A stretch of DNA of 64,000 nucleotides from an uncultured virus (IMG/VR IMGVR_UViG_3300046718_001244) (lineage: Duplodnaviria > Heunggongvirae > Uroviricota > Caudoviricetes): the IMG/VR virus record IMGVR_UViG_3300046718_001244, one strand, 5' to 3'. The position numbers and the translations under genes were made by a program. The notes beneath the pieces were generated by a model that had not been told where the DNA came from, ran no database searches, and saw only the letters and a list, made by a program, of their open reading frames with translations. Below, piece by piece: positions 29,207 to 39,990 of this stretch. How positions within the stretch are numbered: the stretch's first letter is position 1; every line of letters begins with the position of its first letter.

Positions 29207-30330
29207 GCGCAAAGCGCGCCCAGAAGCCCGCCAAGGCGTCTCCTGCAGCCAAGAGGCGATCGGCTGCAGGAAGGCGCAGGCCTGTCCGTCGCCGACGGGA
29301 TCGCTGGTTTGCGTACGGGTCGCTCATGCAGGGCCCGATCTACGGGCCGACCGGGAGCGCAGGGGGCGTAATGATCTTGACGCTCGGGCGCACATTCACC
29401 GTGGCGGGCGTCGCCTTTCCGGACGCGTCCGACGCGAGGAGCGGCGGCATGGGCGCCTTCTTCGACAACCACGCCCACGCGATCATCGCCGAGGGCGTCC
29501 GCTCGCTCGCCGAAGCGAAGAAGCTCGGGGACGCCTGGGCGAGGAAGTTCCGGAAGGGGCTCGTGCTCGCGCCGTGCGCGTGCGAGGACATGGTCGAGGC
29601 GGGGAAGCCGTCCAAAGGTCCCGTCACGTTCGAGCTGGGCTCGATGCGCGCGGTCCACTCGCTCGGGTGCAACTGCGAGGAGTGCACGCGGGGGCCCATA
29701 GGGCTCTTGCCTGCGGCCCCGCCATCGGCGCCGGCGGTCCTGCACCTGGGCCATCCGTTCGGGCGCACGATCGATGACCTCGAGAGCGGTCGCATCGAGG
29801 TCTCCTGGCGCGACCCCTGCCCCATCTGCCGCAAGGCGTACGCGGAGCACGGACGTCAGCCGTGCACGGACGCGACGGAGTGGTTCGCGGGAATGAAGGC
29901 GCAGACGCGTCAGGTCCGCATGCGAACAGCCTGGCTCGCGCGGGAGCGGGCGATTCACTCCGGTACGCCGCGCAAGGAGCCGCCGCCGATCGAGGGAACG
30001 CTGTCGAGCCGCATCGTCGCGTCGCCCAACTTCTCGCCGGAGGAGAAAGCGATCTGCGCGCTCTGCGGCCACACCCGGATCGAGCATCTCACCGTCGGGC
30101 CCTCGACGTGCCAGTCGTGCCACGGGTGCCTCGAATTTCAGACTACGAGCGACGCTCGGGGACCGCTGGCGGACGCCGCGCATGGCGCCTGCCCTCCTTC
30201 GCCGTCGGGTGAGCCCGAGCAGACGGCGACTCTCACGGGAGCGGAGTTCCTCGACGCGATCCACGAGGCCCTCCCCGATGCGTTCTCCGACCTGGACGAC
30301 GTCCTGGTCGGACCGGAAGGGTCCCCATGA
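29203..30330 (+). CDS. Multi zinc-finger hypothetical protein
   Basis: HSLGCNCEEC, CPIC...EH, CALCGH...EH...CQSC. Confidence 0.55.
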   Translation: MSAKRAQKPAKASPAAKRRSAAGRRRPVRRRRDRWFAYGSLMQGPIYGPTGSAGGVMILTLGRTFTVAGVAFPDASDARSGGMGAFFDNHAHAIIAEGVRSLAEAKKLGDAWARKFRKGLVLAPCACEDMVEAGKPSKGPVTFELGSMRAVHSLGCNCEECTRGPIGLLPAAPPSAPAVLHLGHPFGRTIDDLESGRIEVSWRDPCPICRKAYAEHGRQPCTDATEWFAGMKAQTRQVRMRTAWLARERAIHSGTPRKEPPPIEGTLSSRIVASPNFSPEEKAICALCGHTRIEHLTVGPSTCQSCHGCLEFQTTSDARGPLADAAHGACPPSPSGEPEQTATLTGAEFLDAIHEALPDAFSDLDDVLVGPEGSP

Positions 30331-30830
30331 ACCGTCGCGGCTTTCTCGGTGGTCTTGCTGCAGCCTTCGCGTGGCTCTTCGGCGGCCGCTGGCTGCGGCG
30401 CGCGCCGCTACCTCCCCACCCCAACGGCTTCCGTCGTCTCTCGGAGCCGTACTGGATCGAGCCGGGCGAGCCGATCGGCCTCATGCTGCTCGAGCCGGAC
30501 CCCGCGCCATGGACGGGCCGCATCGTGCGCCAGCCGGCGCCAGCCCCGGGCCAGATCGAGAAGGTCGTCGCCGACTGCGGCGATCCGTGCACGGTGCGAT
30601 CGGCGACGCCCGGGACGCCAGAGCGGGCCTACATCGACAAACGCCGCTGTTGCGACGGGACGTGCGAGGCCGGTTTCAGCTTTTGCCAGACGGCCAACCG
30701 CCTCGCGAGCGGCGAACTTCGCCACGACGAGGTCTTCGTCTACCTCCTCAGCGCCGACGAGCTCGCGACGGATCCGTCCTGGGGAGGCAAGTGGGACGAC
30801 GGCGCGCCGTTCGTGCAGGTCGAAGCATGA
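30327..30830 (+). CDS. Protein with twin-arginine-like N-terminus
   Basis: MNRRGFLGGLAAAFAWL. Confidence 0.6.
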   Translation: MNRRGFLGGLAAAFAWLFGGRWLRRAPLPPHPNGFRRLSEPYWIEPGEPIGLMLLEPDPAPWTGRIVRQPAPAPGQIEKVVADCGDPCTVRSATPGTPERAYIDKRRCCDGTCEAGFSFCQTANRLASGELRHDEVFVYLLSADELATDPSWGGKWDDGAPFVQVEA

Positions 30831-31186
30831 ACCGACGCGCCTTCCTCCAGACGTCGCTCGCAAGCCTCGCGGTCGCGGCCAGGGTGAAGCCGGCGCCCGC
30901 GACGACGGTGAGCGCCACGCCTCCGGCCGCGTCCGCGCCGCTGCCGCCGACCTGGCCCGCGTCGCCCGACGTCTTCACCTTCGCGGACTCCGCCATGCAA
31001 GCGGTCACGCCCGCTCGGGAAGGCGACATCTTTCTCCCGCTCCGGTACATGCCCGGAAGCCAGGCCGAGGAGTGGGCCGCCGCGCGCTCGTACGAGCGCG
31101 GCAACGTGCTCCGTGAAGACTCGATGCTGCCGGCGATGCGGGTCGCGGACGGATCGGTGTTCGTGGTGGAGTGCGACGTCTCGTGA
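30827..31186 (+). CDS. Protein with twin-arginine-like N-terminus
   Basis: MNRRAFLQTSLASLAVAA. Confidence 0.6.
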   Translation: MNRRAFLQTSLASLAVAARVKPAPATTVSATPPAASAPLPPTWPASPDVFTFADSAMQAVTPAREGDIFLPLRYMPGSQAEEWAAARSYERGNVLREDSMLPAMRVADGSVFVVECDVS

Positions 31187-31433
31187 ACCGCCACGATCGC
31201 CGCGCGGCGGCCTCCAGCACCGAGGGCTTCTGCCAGGACTACAAGAACGAGGGAGGGGGCCTCGGCTGCCCGAACTGCAAGCGCTTCGAGGTCCGAAGCC
31301 ACCCCGTCGACTGCGCGATGCACGGGCCGCACCTCGATCTCGCCTGCTGCTTCTGCGGGACGCACTTCTACTCGTTCGTCGAGGTGGAGCACGACCACGA
31401 GCACCGGCCGGCTCCGACGCGAGCGGCGCTCTC

Positions 31434-32054
31434 GTGACCCGCGCCGCCCTCTACCTCCGCGTCTCCCGCGACGACCTCTCGCTCGACAACCAGCGCCTCG
31501 AGCTCGAAGCGATGTGCCGCCGCAGAGACCTCACGATCGTCACGACCTATGAGGAGCAGGAGAGCGCCGCGGCGCGCGATCGCCCCGTGCACGACAAGAT
31601 GCTAGCCGACGCCCACGCTGGCGCCTTCGAAGTCGTCGTCGTCTGGGCGCTCGATCGCCTCGGGCGCTCGATGTACGGCAACATCCAGGACGTCCTCAAA
31701 CTCGACGCGTGCGGCGTGCACATCGCGAGCGCCCAGGAGCAGTGGCTCGACACCGTGGGCCCCGTCCGCCAGCTCCTCGTGGCGATCTTCTCGTGGGTCG
31801 CCCAGCAGGAGCGCGATCGTCTCATCGAGCGCACCAAGGCCGGCCAGGCAAGAGCTCGCGCGCAGGGAAAGACCATCGGCCGGCCGAAGCGGGTCACCCC
31901 CGAGATCCAGGCGAAGATCGACCGGCTCGTCGCCGACGACCTCACGATCCGCGAGATCTCCATGGCGGTGCACCTGCCGAAGGACACCGTGCACCGGGCG
32001 GTCCGGGATGCGAAGCGGCGTCGCGAAAGCCCCGTCGAGAAAGGTGCCGCGTAA
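31434..32054 (+). CDS. Small serine recombinase (resolvase/invertase)
   Basis: ALYLRVS...Q; VVVWALDRLGRS; ERDRLIERTKAG; GRP; C-terminal HTH. Confidence 0.92.
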   Translation: MTRAALYLRVSRDDLSLDNQRLELEAMCRRRDLTIVTTYEEQESAAARDRPVHDKMLADAHAGAFEVVVVWALDRLGRSMYGNIQDVLKLDACGVHIASAQEQWLDTVGPVRQLLVAIFSWVAQQERDRLIERTKAGQARARAQGKTIGRPKRVTPEIQAKIDRLVADDLTIREISMAVHLPKDTVHRAVRDAKRRRESPVEKGAA

Positions 32055-32908
32055 CTATGCGGAATCACGCCGGCAGCCCATCCCCCTGCCGGACCGGGCG
32101 TTTGTGAGACGATGAAAGCGTCGGCGGAGGTCGCATGAGAAGGCTCACCGACGAGGAGCGGATGGCGCTCGTCGAGGTCGGAACGGCCGGCGAGGGCCCG
32201 GTATCCGATGCGACCTTCACCGAGCTCGCGCGTCTCGGGTACGGCTACTGGGCGGTCGGAGAGAGCTTCTGGGACCGGCTGACGCGGCAGACGTACTGGC
32301 GCGTGACGGCCAAGGGCCGCGAGGCGCTCGCGCTCGACACGATCGCGAAGGCGGCCGGCGGATGAACCTTCCCCTCTGGCTCGACACCCACCTCGGCCCG
32401 CCGTGGAGCGGGCTCGCCCTTCTTGCTCTGCTCGGCGCGCTCTCGGCCCTCTCGGGGTACGTGGGCATCCGCACCGTGCGCTGGATGTTCCCATTGCCAG
32501 AAGACGAGCGCCGATGAGCCTCGTCTGGGCCGTCATCAAGGGCGACCTCGCCACCTCGGTCTTCTGGGCGGTCGTCTGGGCCGTCGGGACGATCGCCGTC
32601 CAGCGCTGGCAGGCGCGCCGCGCGCCGGCGTTGCCACGAGACCGGGCGCCCGCGTGGGCACGTGGCGTGAAGACCCCCGAGGACCGCTTCCGGATCGCCC
32701 TCATGCGCCGCCGGCGCTGGAGCCTGCGACGAGCGCCTTGATCAAGCTCGAGCGGCTCCCCCGCTTCCCGAACGAGCTTCCCCGCTGGCGCTGCCAGTGC
32801 GAGGCCTGCAAGTCCGTCGTCATCCTCTCGGACTGGGGCAACCGATCCTGCGCGCTCCGGGGCAACCTGCGGGGTGCGGCGCGCGTGTCGTTCCGAAGAG
32901 GGTCCGCC

Positions 32909-33460
32909 CTACGCGAAGAGGATCGCCTGGCGCGTACCGTAGGCCTCGGAGCGATCGATTCGTTCTGTACGCAAGACGAGCGCCCGTAGTCCCCCGCGCG
33001 TGTCCCCGGCGTCCTCGAAGCCGGCGCGGAGAAAGCACCGGCCCGGGTCCCGCTTGGAGCGGACCTCGCCCCTGTCGACGAACGTGACCATCGAGACGGG
33101 TGCCCGCTCGAGGAGCGTTCGATCGGGCAGCCGCTTGACGACGATCCAGCTTTGCACCTCCGGCAAGATGGGCCATCGGTACGCGGTCGCCCGGATGGCG
33201 GCCGCCACGAGCTCGCTCGAACGTGCTGGACCTTCGTTCCGGAAGGCGCTGCAGACCCACGCTCCCCGCCACCGGTGCTTGACGTGCTCGGCGTACGGGT
33301 AGGATGTCACCCAGAAGGCGTCGCCGAGGAGCGTCGTCAGGACGAGGCACCGCCCCGGCGGCACGAACTGCTTTGCCCCCACCTTCTGCCGGTTGTAGTG
33401 GCGGTCGGCGAGGACGCGCGCGACCGGGTCGGCGCGGTCCGAGAGGTACCAGGGGCTCAC
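32909..33460 (-). CDS. Phage protein, possibly Mom-like GNAT DNA modifier
   Basis: ADRHY.RQ..G..QF.PPG; CSAFRNE..SS.L; VTFVD...PGRCF..AGF; same operon as the MTase. Confidence 0.45.
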   Translation of the reverse strand: MSPWYLSDRADPVARVLADRHYNRQKVGAKQFVPPGRCLVLTTLLGDAFWVTSYPYAEHVKHRWRGAWVCSAFRNEGPARSSELVAAAIRATAYRWPILPEVQSWIVVKRLPDRTLLERAPVSMVTFVDRGEVRSKRDPGRCFLRAGFEDAGDTRGGLRALVLRTERIDRSEAYGTRQAILFA

Positions 33461-33716
33461 GGGCGTCCGGTGAGCGCCATCCGCCTGTCCGACTCCGAGA
33501 GCCGATCGAAGAGCCACCGCGTCGCCCCGTCGGAGTCGCGCAGGCACTCGACGAGCTGGCGCGCGGCGCTCGCGTACGACGCCCCCTTCATGGTCATCGC
33601 GGGCAGGCGGATCTCGTAGAGAAGGTCGTGCGTCGGGCAGGCCTCGGAGTAGATGCCGACCTCGGTAGGTCCTCCGGTGCGCGTGTCGATCGTGACGATG
33701 CAGTAGGCGGTGTGGG

Positions 33717-35237
33717 TCATGGGGAACCTCCGTTGAGCAGCTTGACCGCCTCGCGCGATCGCCCTTCCTGCTTGTCGAACCACGCCTTGATCGACCGGGC
33801 CACCGCCTCGGCGAGCGGCGGCGGCATGGCCATGCCGATCTGCGCCCAGCGCGCCTTCTTCGTGTCGCCCGCGAAGAGCCAGCCCTCGGGGAAGCCCTGC
33901 AGGATGGCGGCCGCCTTCTCGGAGAGCTTCACGGCGTTCGGGTGGCTTCTGGCCCTGTCGCCATCGGCGCCCAGCCAGTTTTCGTCATGGTGACACGGCG
34001 GCGGTAGGCGGTCGTCACTCTGCAACGTCGTGGACGGCCGGTCCCACGGCCACGTCAGGCACCGCGCCCCCTTGCTCCCCCCGCCATCCGACGCCGAGAT
34101 CGTGAACGCGGGCTCTTCGCTCTCGCTCACCGGATGCCGCTCGTGCACGACGAGCACCTGCGCGCCCTGGCCTCCGCGGTCTCGGGCGCCCAAGGTCGGC
34201 GCCGGCGCGTCGAGCTCGGCGCCGGGGTGACGGTCGTTCGGGACGAGGGACACGATCTGCAGGAGCGCCCCGTCGCTATGCGAGTTCTTGGTCAAGGTCC
34301 GCGCCGGCGCGTCGGGATGCGACGGCCGGTGGTCCGGGCCGTCGAAGACCACGTTGCCTCCGCCATTCGACCTCGTCGTCACGACGTCGGCCGGCGCGTC
34401 CACGTGCGACGCCCGGGGTTTCTTACCCGGTTCTTTCCGGGAGCGCTTCCCCTCCCTCACCGCCTCGGTCGGATGGGCGAGGACGTTGCCGTCCGAGAGA
34501 TTCGAGGTACCAACGACGCGCGCCGGCGAGTCGGGAACCGAGGCGACCTGCTTGCCGTTCGCGCCGCGCCACCGCAGACGCACGGGCACGCCGAGATCCT
34601 CGGCGGAGAGATGCTGCAAGGCCTGCCGGCAGGTGACCCACGGGGCGAGCTCGCGGACCCCCGGGAGCGCCCCCGTCCGAAGGCTCTTCGGGTCCGCGTG
34701 CGTCGGCTCGGGCCAGGCGATGTGGGGAGCCCGCATCGGGTGCCCGAACCAAAACGGCCGCACCCGGTGCTGCGGTACCCCGTAGGCCGAGGCGTTCAGG
34801 CGCTGGAAGTCGATGCAGTAGCCCTCGGCCGTGAGGCTCCCGATGGTCTTCTGCACGATGGGCCAGTTCGGGCCATCGTCGAGGCCTGGGACGTTCGCGA
34901 TGAGCCACGCGGTCGGACGGAGCAGCCGAACGAGCCTCACCGTCTCGCCGATGAGGTCTCTGGCGTCCTCCTGCCCCTTGCGCTTGCCGGCGCGTGACCA
35001 GGGTGTGCACGGGGGATCCGCGACGAAGAGGTCGATCTTGCTCCCGGGGCTCCACCCGCTCTCGACCATTCGCAGGAGATCCCGGACGTCCATGCGCACC
35101 GGCGCGTGGCCGAGGTTCTTCGTGTAGGAGGCGACGGCGTCGGGGTCGTAGTCGAAGGCCATGTCGACGTCGATGCCGCCCCGGCGAAGGCCCTCGGCCA
35201 TGCCGCCGGAGCAGGGGAAGAGTTCGACGACGTTCAC
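33717..35237 (-). CDS. C5 cytosine DNA methyltransferase, atypical motifs
   Basis: ELFPCSGG, PPCTPWSRAG, ANV, YGVPQHRVR, LQGFP, QIGMAMPP. Confidence 0.88.
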   Translation of the reverse strand: MNVVELFPCSGGMAEGLRRGGIDVDMAFDYDPDAVASYTKNLGHAPVRMDVRDLLRMVESGWSPGSKIDLFVADPPCTPWSRAGKRKGQEDARDLIGETVRLVRLLRPTAWLIANVPGLDDGPNWPIVQKTIGSLTAEGYCIDFQRLNASAYGVPQHRVRPFWFGHPMRAPHIAWPEPTHADPKSLRTGALPGVRELAPWVTCRQALQHLSAEDLGVPVRLRWRGANGKQVASVPDSPARVVGTSNLSDGNVLAHPTEAVREGKRSRKEPGKKPRASHVDAPADVVTTRSNGGGNVVFDGPDHRPSHPDAPARTLTKNSHSDGALLQIVSLVPNDRHPGAELDAPAPTLGARDRGGQGAQVLVVHERHPVSESEEPAFTISASDGGGSKGARCLTWPWDRPSTTLQSDDRLPPPCHHDENWLGADGDRARSHPNAVKLSEKAAAILQGFPEGWLFAGDTKKARWAQIGMAMPPPLAEAVARSIKAWFDKQEGRSREAVKLLNGGSP

Positions 35238-35970
35238 GCGACGCGCGTCTCAGCGCGAAGTGTGTCAAGCATCGCGCCGGCGATCTTTGCATGCAGGCGT
35301 CTCGCGGTAGCAAGGGCAGCCTCGACATCCGTGAGACCGTGCTGCGCGCAGCACTCGTCGTCGATCAGGCGCTCGGCGTCCTCAAGCCGGCGGACCGTCT
35401 GCGCAGCCTCCTTCTCAAGATGCACCAGGTCCTCGTAAGTCACTTCTTCGCCCCGCCAGCGGCCACCTTCCCCATCGTCGCCTCCCCGAACCGCTTCATC
35501 GTGAGGCACGACTGGCATAGGTGGGTTTCTCTGACGGCGGGGATGCCCGGGTGCTTCTTGCACATCGCCTGCGGGCGAAGTCTCGGCATGGGGGTGCGCT
35601 TGCTCATCGTGGGGGTCCTCTCCTCGCCGACGCGATCTTTTCCTTGATGCGGTCGAGGATGGCGTCGGCCCCCTCGAGCACGCGGTCTCCGTCTTCGACG
35701 GCGCTCTCGACGGCCGCGCCGGCGCCGCGGGCGAGCGCCTTCACGCCCGACCGAAGGAGCGCTCTCCCCGCCTGCTTCGCGAAGGCCTCGAAGGGCGACT
35801 CGGGACGCGGACCGGGCGGCGGGCGCTCGGTCGGCTCGTGATCGGCGTCCGGATCGTTGGGGCTGCGAGGAAAGCTACTCATCCGGGTCCGCCTCCGTAG
35901 GTGCCGCTGCCCCACCGGATGTCGGCCACGGCGAGAAGGAGGCTTGCGACGACCGTTGCCACGAAGGCGG

Positions 35971-36864
35971 TCATGATCCGCTTGCCGCGAACCGCAGGCC
36001 CCTCCGGTACGGACGGCTCGACGGGTGCGCCTTCTTCTCCACTCGCCGGGTGAGCCGTCCCATGACCACGAGGTGGCCGCCGTGCGCGCCCTTGCCCATG
36101 ATCGCGAACGGCTTCCCCTCGGCTTCGTGCGCCGCCGCCATGCCCGTCACCTGCGTCTCGTCGCCGGGGTCGGTCTCGACGATCTGGTAGTCCCCTCCGC
36201 CCGACGGCACGATCTCGAAGGGCGCCGCAGGTCCTCCCTGGCTCTTGCCTTGCGCCGTCAGAAAGTCGTAGGGGCCAGCGTGGTTCGGGGTGAAGTAGGC
36301 GTCGAGCACGAAGTTCGCGCAGTAGGCGGTGAAGCTTCCGTCCGACGCGAGACCCGGGGTGGTGCTGGGGACGTCGGCGACGGTGCCATCCGCCTTGATC
36401 GTGATCGGGTAGGTCTGCACCTCGAGCGGATCGGATGCCTCCTGCGCGAAGAGCTTGCCCTTGCCGTCCGCGCGAAGCGTGTTGGTGGCGGGGTCCACCA
36501 CGGTCTCCGCGCCTTCGTGCGTCTGGGCGGCAAACCAGCCGTTCGGGCCGAAGAGGTCCTCGGAGAGCGTGACCCCGTCGTACATGGCCGGGATCCCGTA
36601 CCCGTCGACCGTGTGGTACGCGATCGCTCCGGGCGCCTCGGTGAGCGTCGGGGTCGTGTAGGACGGCACCTCGCCGGGCTGCACGTCGGTGGGCGAGCTG
36701 CCCGCTCTCACGATGTGCTGGCCGCCCCAGTAGCGGGCGACGTCGCGGTTCAAGTAGACGGTGAAGACCTGGGCGGCGAGCGCGAGGAGCTCGGGCGTGA
36801 GCTTCTCGCCGCTCGTCGGAGTGGCGCCGTTCGTTTCGTCGATGAGTACGACCTTGAGATCCAT
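35971..36864 (-). CDS. Putative zincin-like metalloprotein
   Basis: AIAYH...THEGAETVVDP...EASDPLE...NFVL. Confidence 0.55.
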   Translation of the reverse strand: MDLKVVLIDETNGATPTSGEKLTPELLALAAQVFTVYLNRDVARYWGGQHIVRAGSSPTDVQPGEVPSYTTPTLTEAPGAIAYHTVDGYGIPAMYDGVTLSEDLFGPNGWFAAQTHEGAETVVDPATNTLRADGKGKLFAQEASDPLEVQTYPITIKADGTVADVPSTTPGLASDGSFTAYCANFVLDAYFTPNHAGPYDFLTAQGKSQGGPAAPFEIVPSGGGDYQIVETDPGDETQVTGMAAAHEAEGKPFAIMGKGAHGGHLVVMGRLTRRVEKKAHPSSRPYRRGLRFAASGS

Positions 36865-37695
36865 GGCTTACCTCTTGGGTTGGATGGTGGCGCCGGCGGA
36901 TGCGAGGGCGCGGTGACGGAGTTTCCGCTCGACGAGCGCTCGCATGCCGCCGCCGACCCGGATCGCCTTGTCCTTCTGGACGTCAAGCAGCGAGGGCGGA
37001 GCGGGTGGGGGAACGGCCCTCGTGTGGCCGAAGACGCAGGCGCACGGCGAGAAGTCGTCCAAGGGCTCACTGCAAGCGGGGCAGAGGTTCATGTCTTCTC
37101 CTCGCCGCGGTGGCCAGCGTTCGGTCCGTCGCTCGGGTGACCCTTGGGCCTAGAGCACGTCGTCGTGCGCGTGCCTGGGCCCGCCGGTAGGCCTAGGATG
37201 CCGCCACCATGGTACGCGTAGGTCTCGCCGCAGGCGGGCTGCGCTGCGGCGACCGCGCGCAGGGCCACCTCCGCCGCCGCGTCGGCCGCCTCGTACGCGT
37301 GCATGTAGTCGGCGAGGATCTTGGCGATCGCGGCCCGCTCGGGGTCCTCCGATGCGATCGCGTCCCACGTGCGCGCGGCCTTGCCGTGCTTGTAGCGCGA
37401 TTCGTGCGCGTCGCCGGCGCGCCGGGCGGCCTCGTCGCTCATCGGAGCCCCACCGCGACTTCCTCGGGTGCCGCGAGAAGCTCGCCGGTGGAAAAGTCGA
37501 TGCAGATCATGCCCGCGCCGCACTTCGCGCACAAGTCGACGCGCACGGGATCCCGAGAGGGGCCAACCTCCGGGGTCACGTAGGTCATCTTGCGCTTGCA
37601 ATCGCACTGGCCGTCCGAGCCGCTGCAAAGGCACTGGCCCGTCGTCGAGCAGATCCACGTCGGCTGTCGCGAGGGCCGCCTCATCGCGGGAGCGC

Positions 37696-38016
37696 TCACG
37701 GCTTGATCCCCCCGTCCACCCCGATCGCCCTCGGCACAAACCCCTCGATCACCTCGGCCTGGACGTGCGACGCCCAGAGGGAAGAGGCCGTGGCCCTCGA
37801 GACGCCGCAGGCATTGGCGGCCGACGTGAGCGCCGCATTCCAGTCCCCGGAGATCCCCTTGGCGAGGATCGGCAGCACGCACCCCGAGTCGCCGGCGGTC
37901 GGGGAAGAGCAGCCCCCCGCGTCGGGCGAGGAGAGCGAGGTGCACGAGAAGATCGCGAGGGCGACGGCGATCGCCGAGAGCGTCCCCAGGACGAACGGCA
38001 CGGGTCCGTCCCTCAC
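37696..38016 (-). CDS. Lipoprotein-like protein
   Basis: Hydrophobic stretch ending AIFSC; PDAGG. Confidence 0.55.
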   Translation of the reverse strand: MRDGPVPFVLGTLSAIAVALAIFSCTSLSSPDAGGCSSPTAGDSGCVLPILAKGISGDWNAALTSAANACGVSRATASSLWASHVQAEVIEGFVPRAIGVDGGIKP

Positions 38017-38381
38017 GACTCGTAGCTCCCTTCCTCGAGACCGCCCAAGATGAAGTCATCGCGGAGCGAGACGTACTCGCCCTCCTCGAGCTTCACGGGA
38101 ACGGCGCCATGGTTGTAGTAGAGGATCCTCTCGCCGATCTTCACGTCGGGCATCGGCCAGCGCGATCCGTCCTGGCAGAGCATGCCGGGCCCCATCGCGA
38201 CGACGCGGCCCGTCGCGCACTCCTTCTGACGAGCCGCCTGCGTCGCCTTCGGAAGGTGGATGCGGCCAATCATCTCGCCGACCTTGTCGGGCTGCACGAG
38301 GAGACGGTCGCCCTGCATCCGGAACTTTGGGATCCGGAGGTCGTCGGTCGGCTCGCAATCGATCATCACGGCGTGGGTCAT
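38013..38381 (-). CDS. groES: GroES-like co-chaperonin
   Basis: GDRLLV...IHLP...GRVVAMGPG...DVKIGERI...EEGEY..LRDDFILG. Confidence 0.88.
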   Translation of the reverse strand: MTHAVMIDCEPTDDLRIPKFRMQGDRLLVQPDKVGEMIGRIHLPKATQAARQKECATGRVVAMGPGMLCQDGSRWPMPDVKIGERILYYNHGAVPVKLEEGEYVSLRDDFILGGLEEGSYES

Positions 38382-38539
38382 GCGTTTTTCTTTCGCTTGG
38401 GAGTCCAGCGGACGAGAGCCCCTCGTTTTCCCGCTTCGCGCGCTTCTTCCTTCGTGAACCGATGCCTCTTGACGCTCTTTTTCCCCCCCTTCGAGGACAC
38501 CCTCTTCAAGGCTTCGGCGTCGAGGTGCTGAAAGCCCAT
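38378..38539 (-). CDS. KGG-motif small stress protein
   Basis: GFQHLD...SSKGGK...HRFTKEEAREAGKRG. Confidence 0.75.
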   Translation of the reverse strand: MGFQHLDAEALKRVSSKGGKKSVKRHRFTKEEAREAGKRGALVRWTPKRKKNA

Positions 38540-38671
38540 GGGGAGAGGGAGAGAAGGAAAGAAGGCCCCGGCGCTCGCCGGCACCACCATGGTGCGAGGC
38601 GAGCGCCGGGCGGAACCCCGTGCCTTCCGCGAACGCCTTACGGAATAACTCTACCGTGTCCGAGGCGCAAG

Positions 38672-38709
38672 AAAAAACGGCGCGCCCCGGTTGGAAAGGG
38701 ACGCGCCGT
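38672..38709 (-). terminator. Rho-independent terminator closing the structural operon
   Basis: ACGGCGCGTCCC/GGGGCGCGCCGT stem plus T-run on the minus strand. Confidence 0.75.
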
Positions 38710-38736
38710 CTCGCGCGTGTCGCGGGAGAGCGAAGC

Positions 38737-39990
38737 TTACGCCGCGAGCGATCCGGCGTTCGAGAGGGCCCAGTCGTTCGAGATGCCGCCGATGGCCGTG
38801 GCTCCCGCCCTCACCATCACGATCGAGCCTCTTCCGCCCGAGGGGATGACGCCGATGGTCGTGCCGGCGTTGTTCTTGACGGTGAGGGTGTGGGCTGCGA
38901 GGTCGGTCTTGGTGATGCAGACCGTGTCGCCCACGCTCTCTCCACCCCCCGTCAGGACAGTGACGGCGCTGTCGGCCGTCAGGCCCGAGGAGACGTAGAC
39001 GTTGCCGGAGTTACTCCCCGTGTAGCCCGCCGTCGCGCCGTTGCCGTTGATCGCGACGCTCGTAGGGCCCGCGCCGGTCGGCAGCGCCGCGCCGTAGACG
39101 GGTCCCGCGTAGAAGCCGCCGGTGACGACGACGATGACGCCCGCGGCTCTCGTGCCCCCGGAGGCGAGAAAGCTCCGCCAGGAATGGCCGTCGAACGTGT
39201 TGGCGTTCGCGGTGCCGGTTCCGGTCGTGAGCACGCAGTTCTGACCGACCCCAAACCCCGTGGACGTGAACTCGCAGGAGGCGTGGACGGTGATCGCCGT
39301 GCTCTGGATGACGCAGAGCTCGAAGATGGCGGAGAGCGCGGTGATCGTCCCCGGGAAGAACGTCGTCAGCACCGACTCGACGAAGCCGCTCGTCGCCGCC
39401 GATCCGAGGTCGACGGTCGTCATCGACGCGTTCTCGGTTGCGAGCGCGGCGAAGTTGGCGGTGGTGTTCGCCGTGAAGGTCCCGGTCACGCCCGCGGGGA
39501 GGGCGAAGTCGTCGGACGCGAGCGCGACGATGCCAGGCGAGCCCGCTCCGTCGTCGGTGACCGTGAAGTTTCCGGTGACGAGGAGGTTGTGCAGGGCGAC
39601 GAAGGCGATGGTGGCCTGATGGGCGACCGCGGTGTTCGCCCAGGAGGCGTTGCCCGTGACGTTGATCTCGCTGGCGGCCGCGAGGGTCGTGTTGCGACCC
39701 GCCGGAAACGCCATCGCTTCGGTGTACCCCGCGAGAGCGGGGGTGACGTACCCCACGAAGGGCTGGGTCGCGTCGTTACTGCTCGCGGGCGCGGGGAGAC
39801 TCGCGAGGAACGCGCCGATCGTCAGGTACGGCTCGGCGATCGATCCGGCGTTGCCCGGCTGCGTCGATCCGCCGTTGATGTACTTGAAGCGCGTCAGCGC
39901 CGCGAGGGATCCCCCTCCACCGCCCGCTCCGGCGATGAGGGCTTCGAGGCGCTTCAAGCGCCGCTTCGTGCTCAGGCTCTGCTCGTCCAT
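38737..39990 (-). CDS. Spike/fibre-like virion protein
   Basis: 417 aa Gly/Thr/Ala beta-rich; N-terminus shared with 52653-53087. Confidence 0.65.
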   Translation of the reverse strand: MDEQSLSTKRRLKRLEALIAGAGGGGGSLAALTRFKYINGGSTQPGNAGSIAEPYLTIGAFLASLPAPASSNDATQPFVGYVTPALAGYTEAMAFPAGRNTTLAAASEINVTGNASWANTAVAHQATIAFVALHNLLVTGNFTVTDDGAGSPGIVALASDDFALPAGVTGTFTANTTANFAALATENASMTTVDLGSAATSGFVESVLTTFFPGTITALSAIFELCVIQSTAITVHASCEFTSTGFGVGQNCVLTTGTGTANANTFDGHSWRSFLASGGTRAAGVIVVVTGGFYAGPVYGAALPTGAGPTSVAINGNGATAGYTGSNSGNVYVSSGLTADSAVTVLTGGGESVGDTVCITKTDLAAHTLTVKNNAGTTIGVIPSGGRGSIVMVRAGATAIGGISNDWALSNAGSLAA

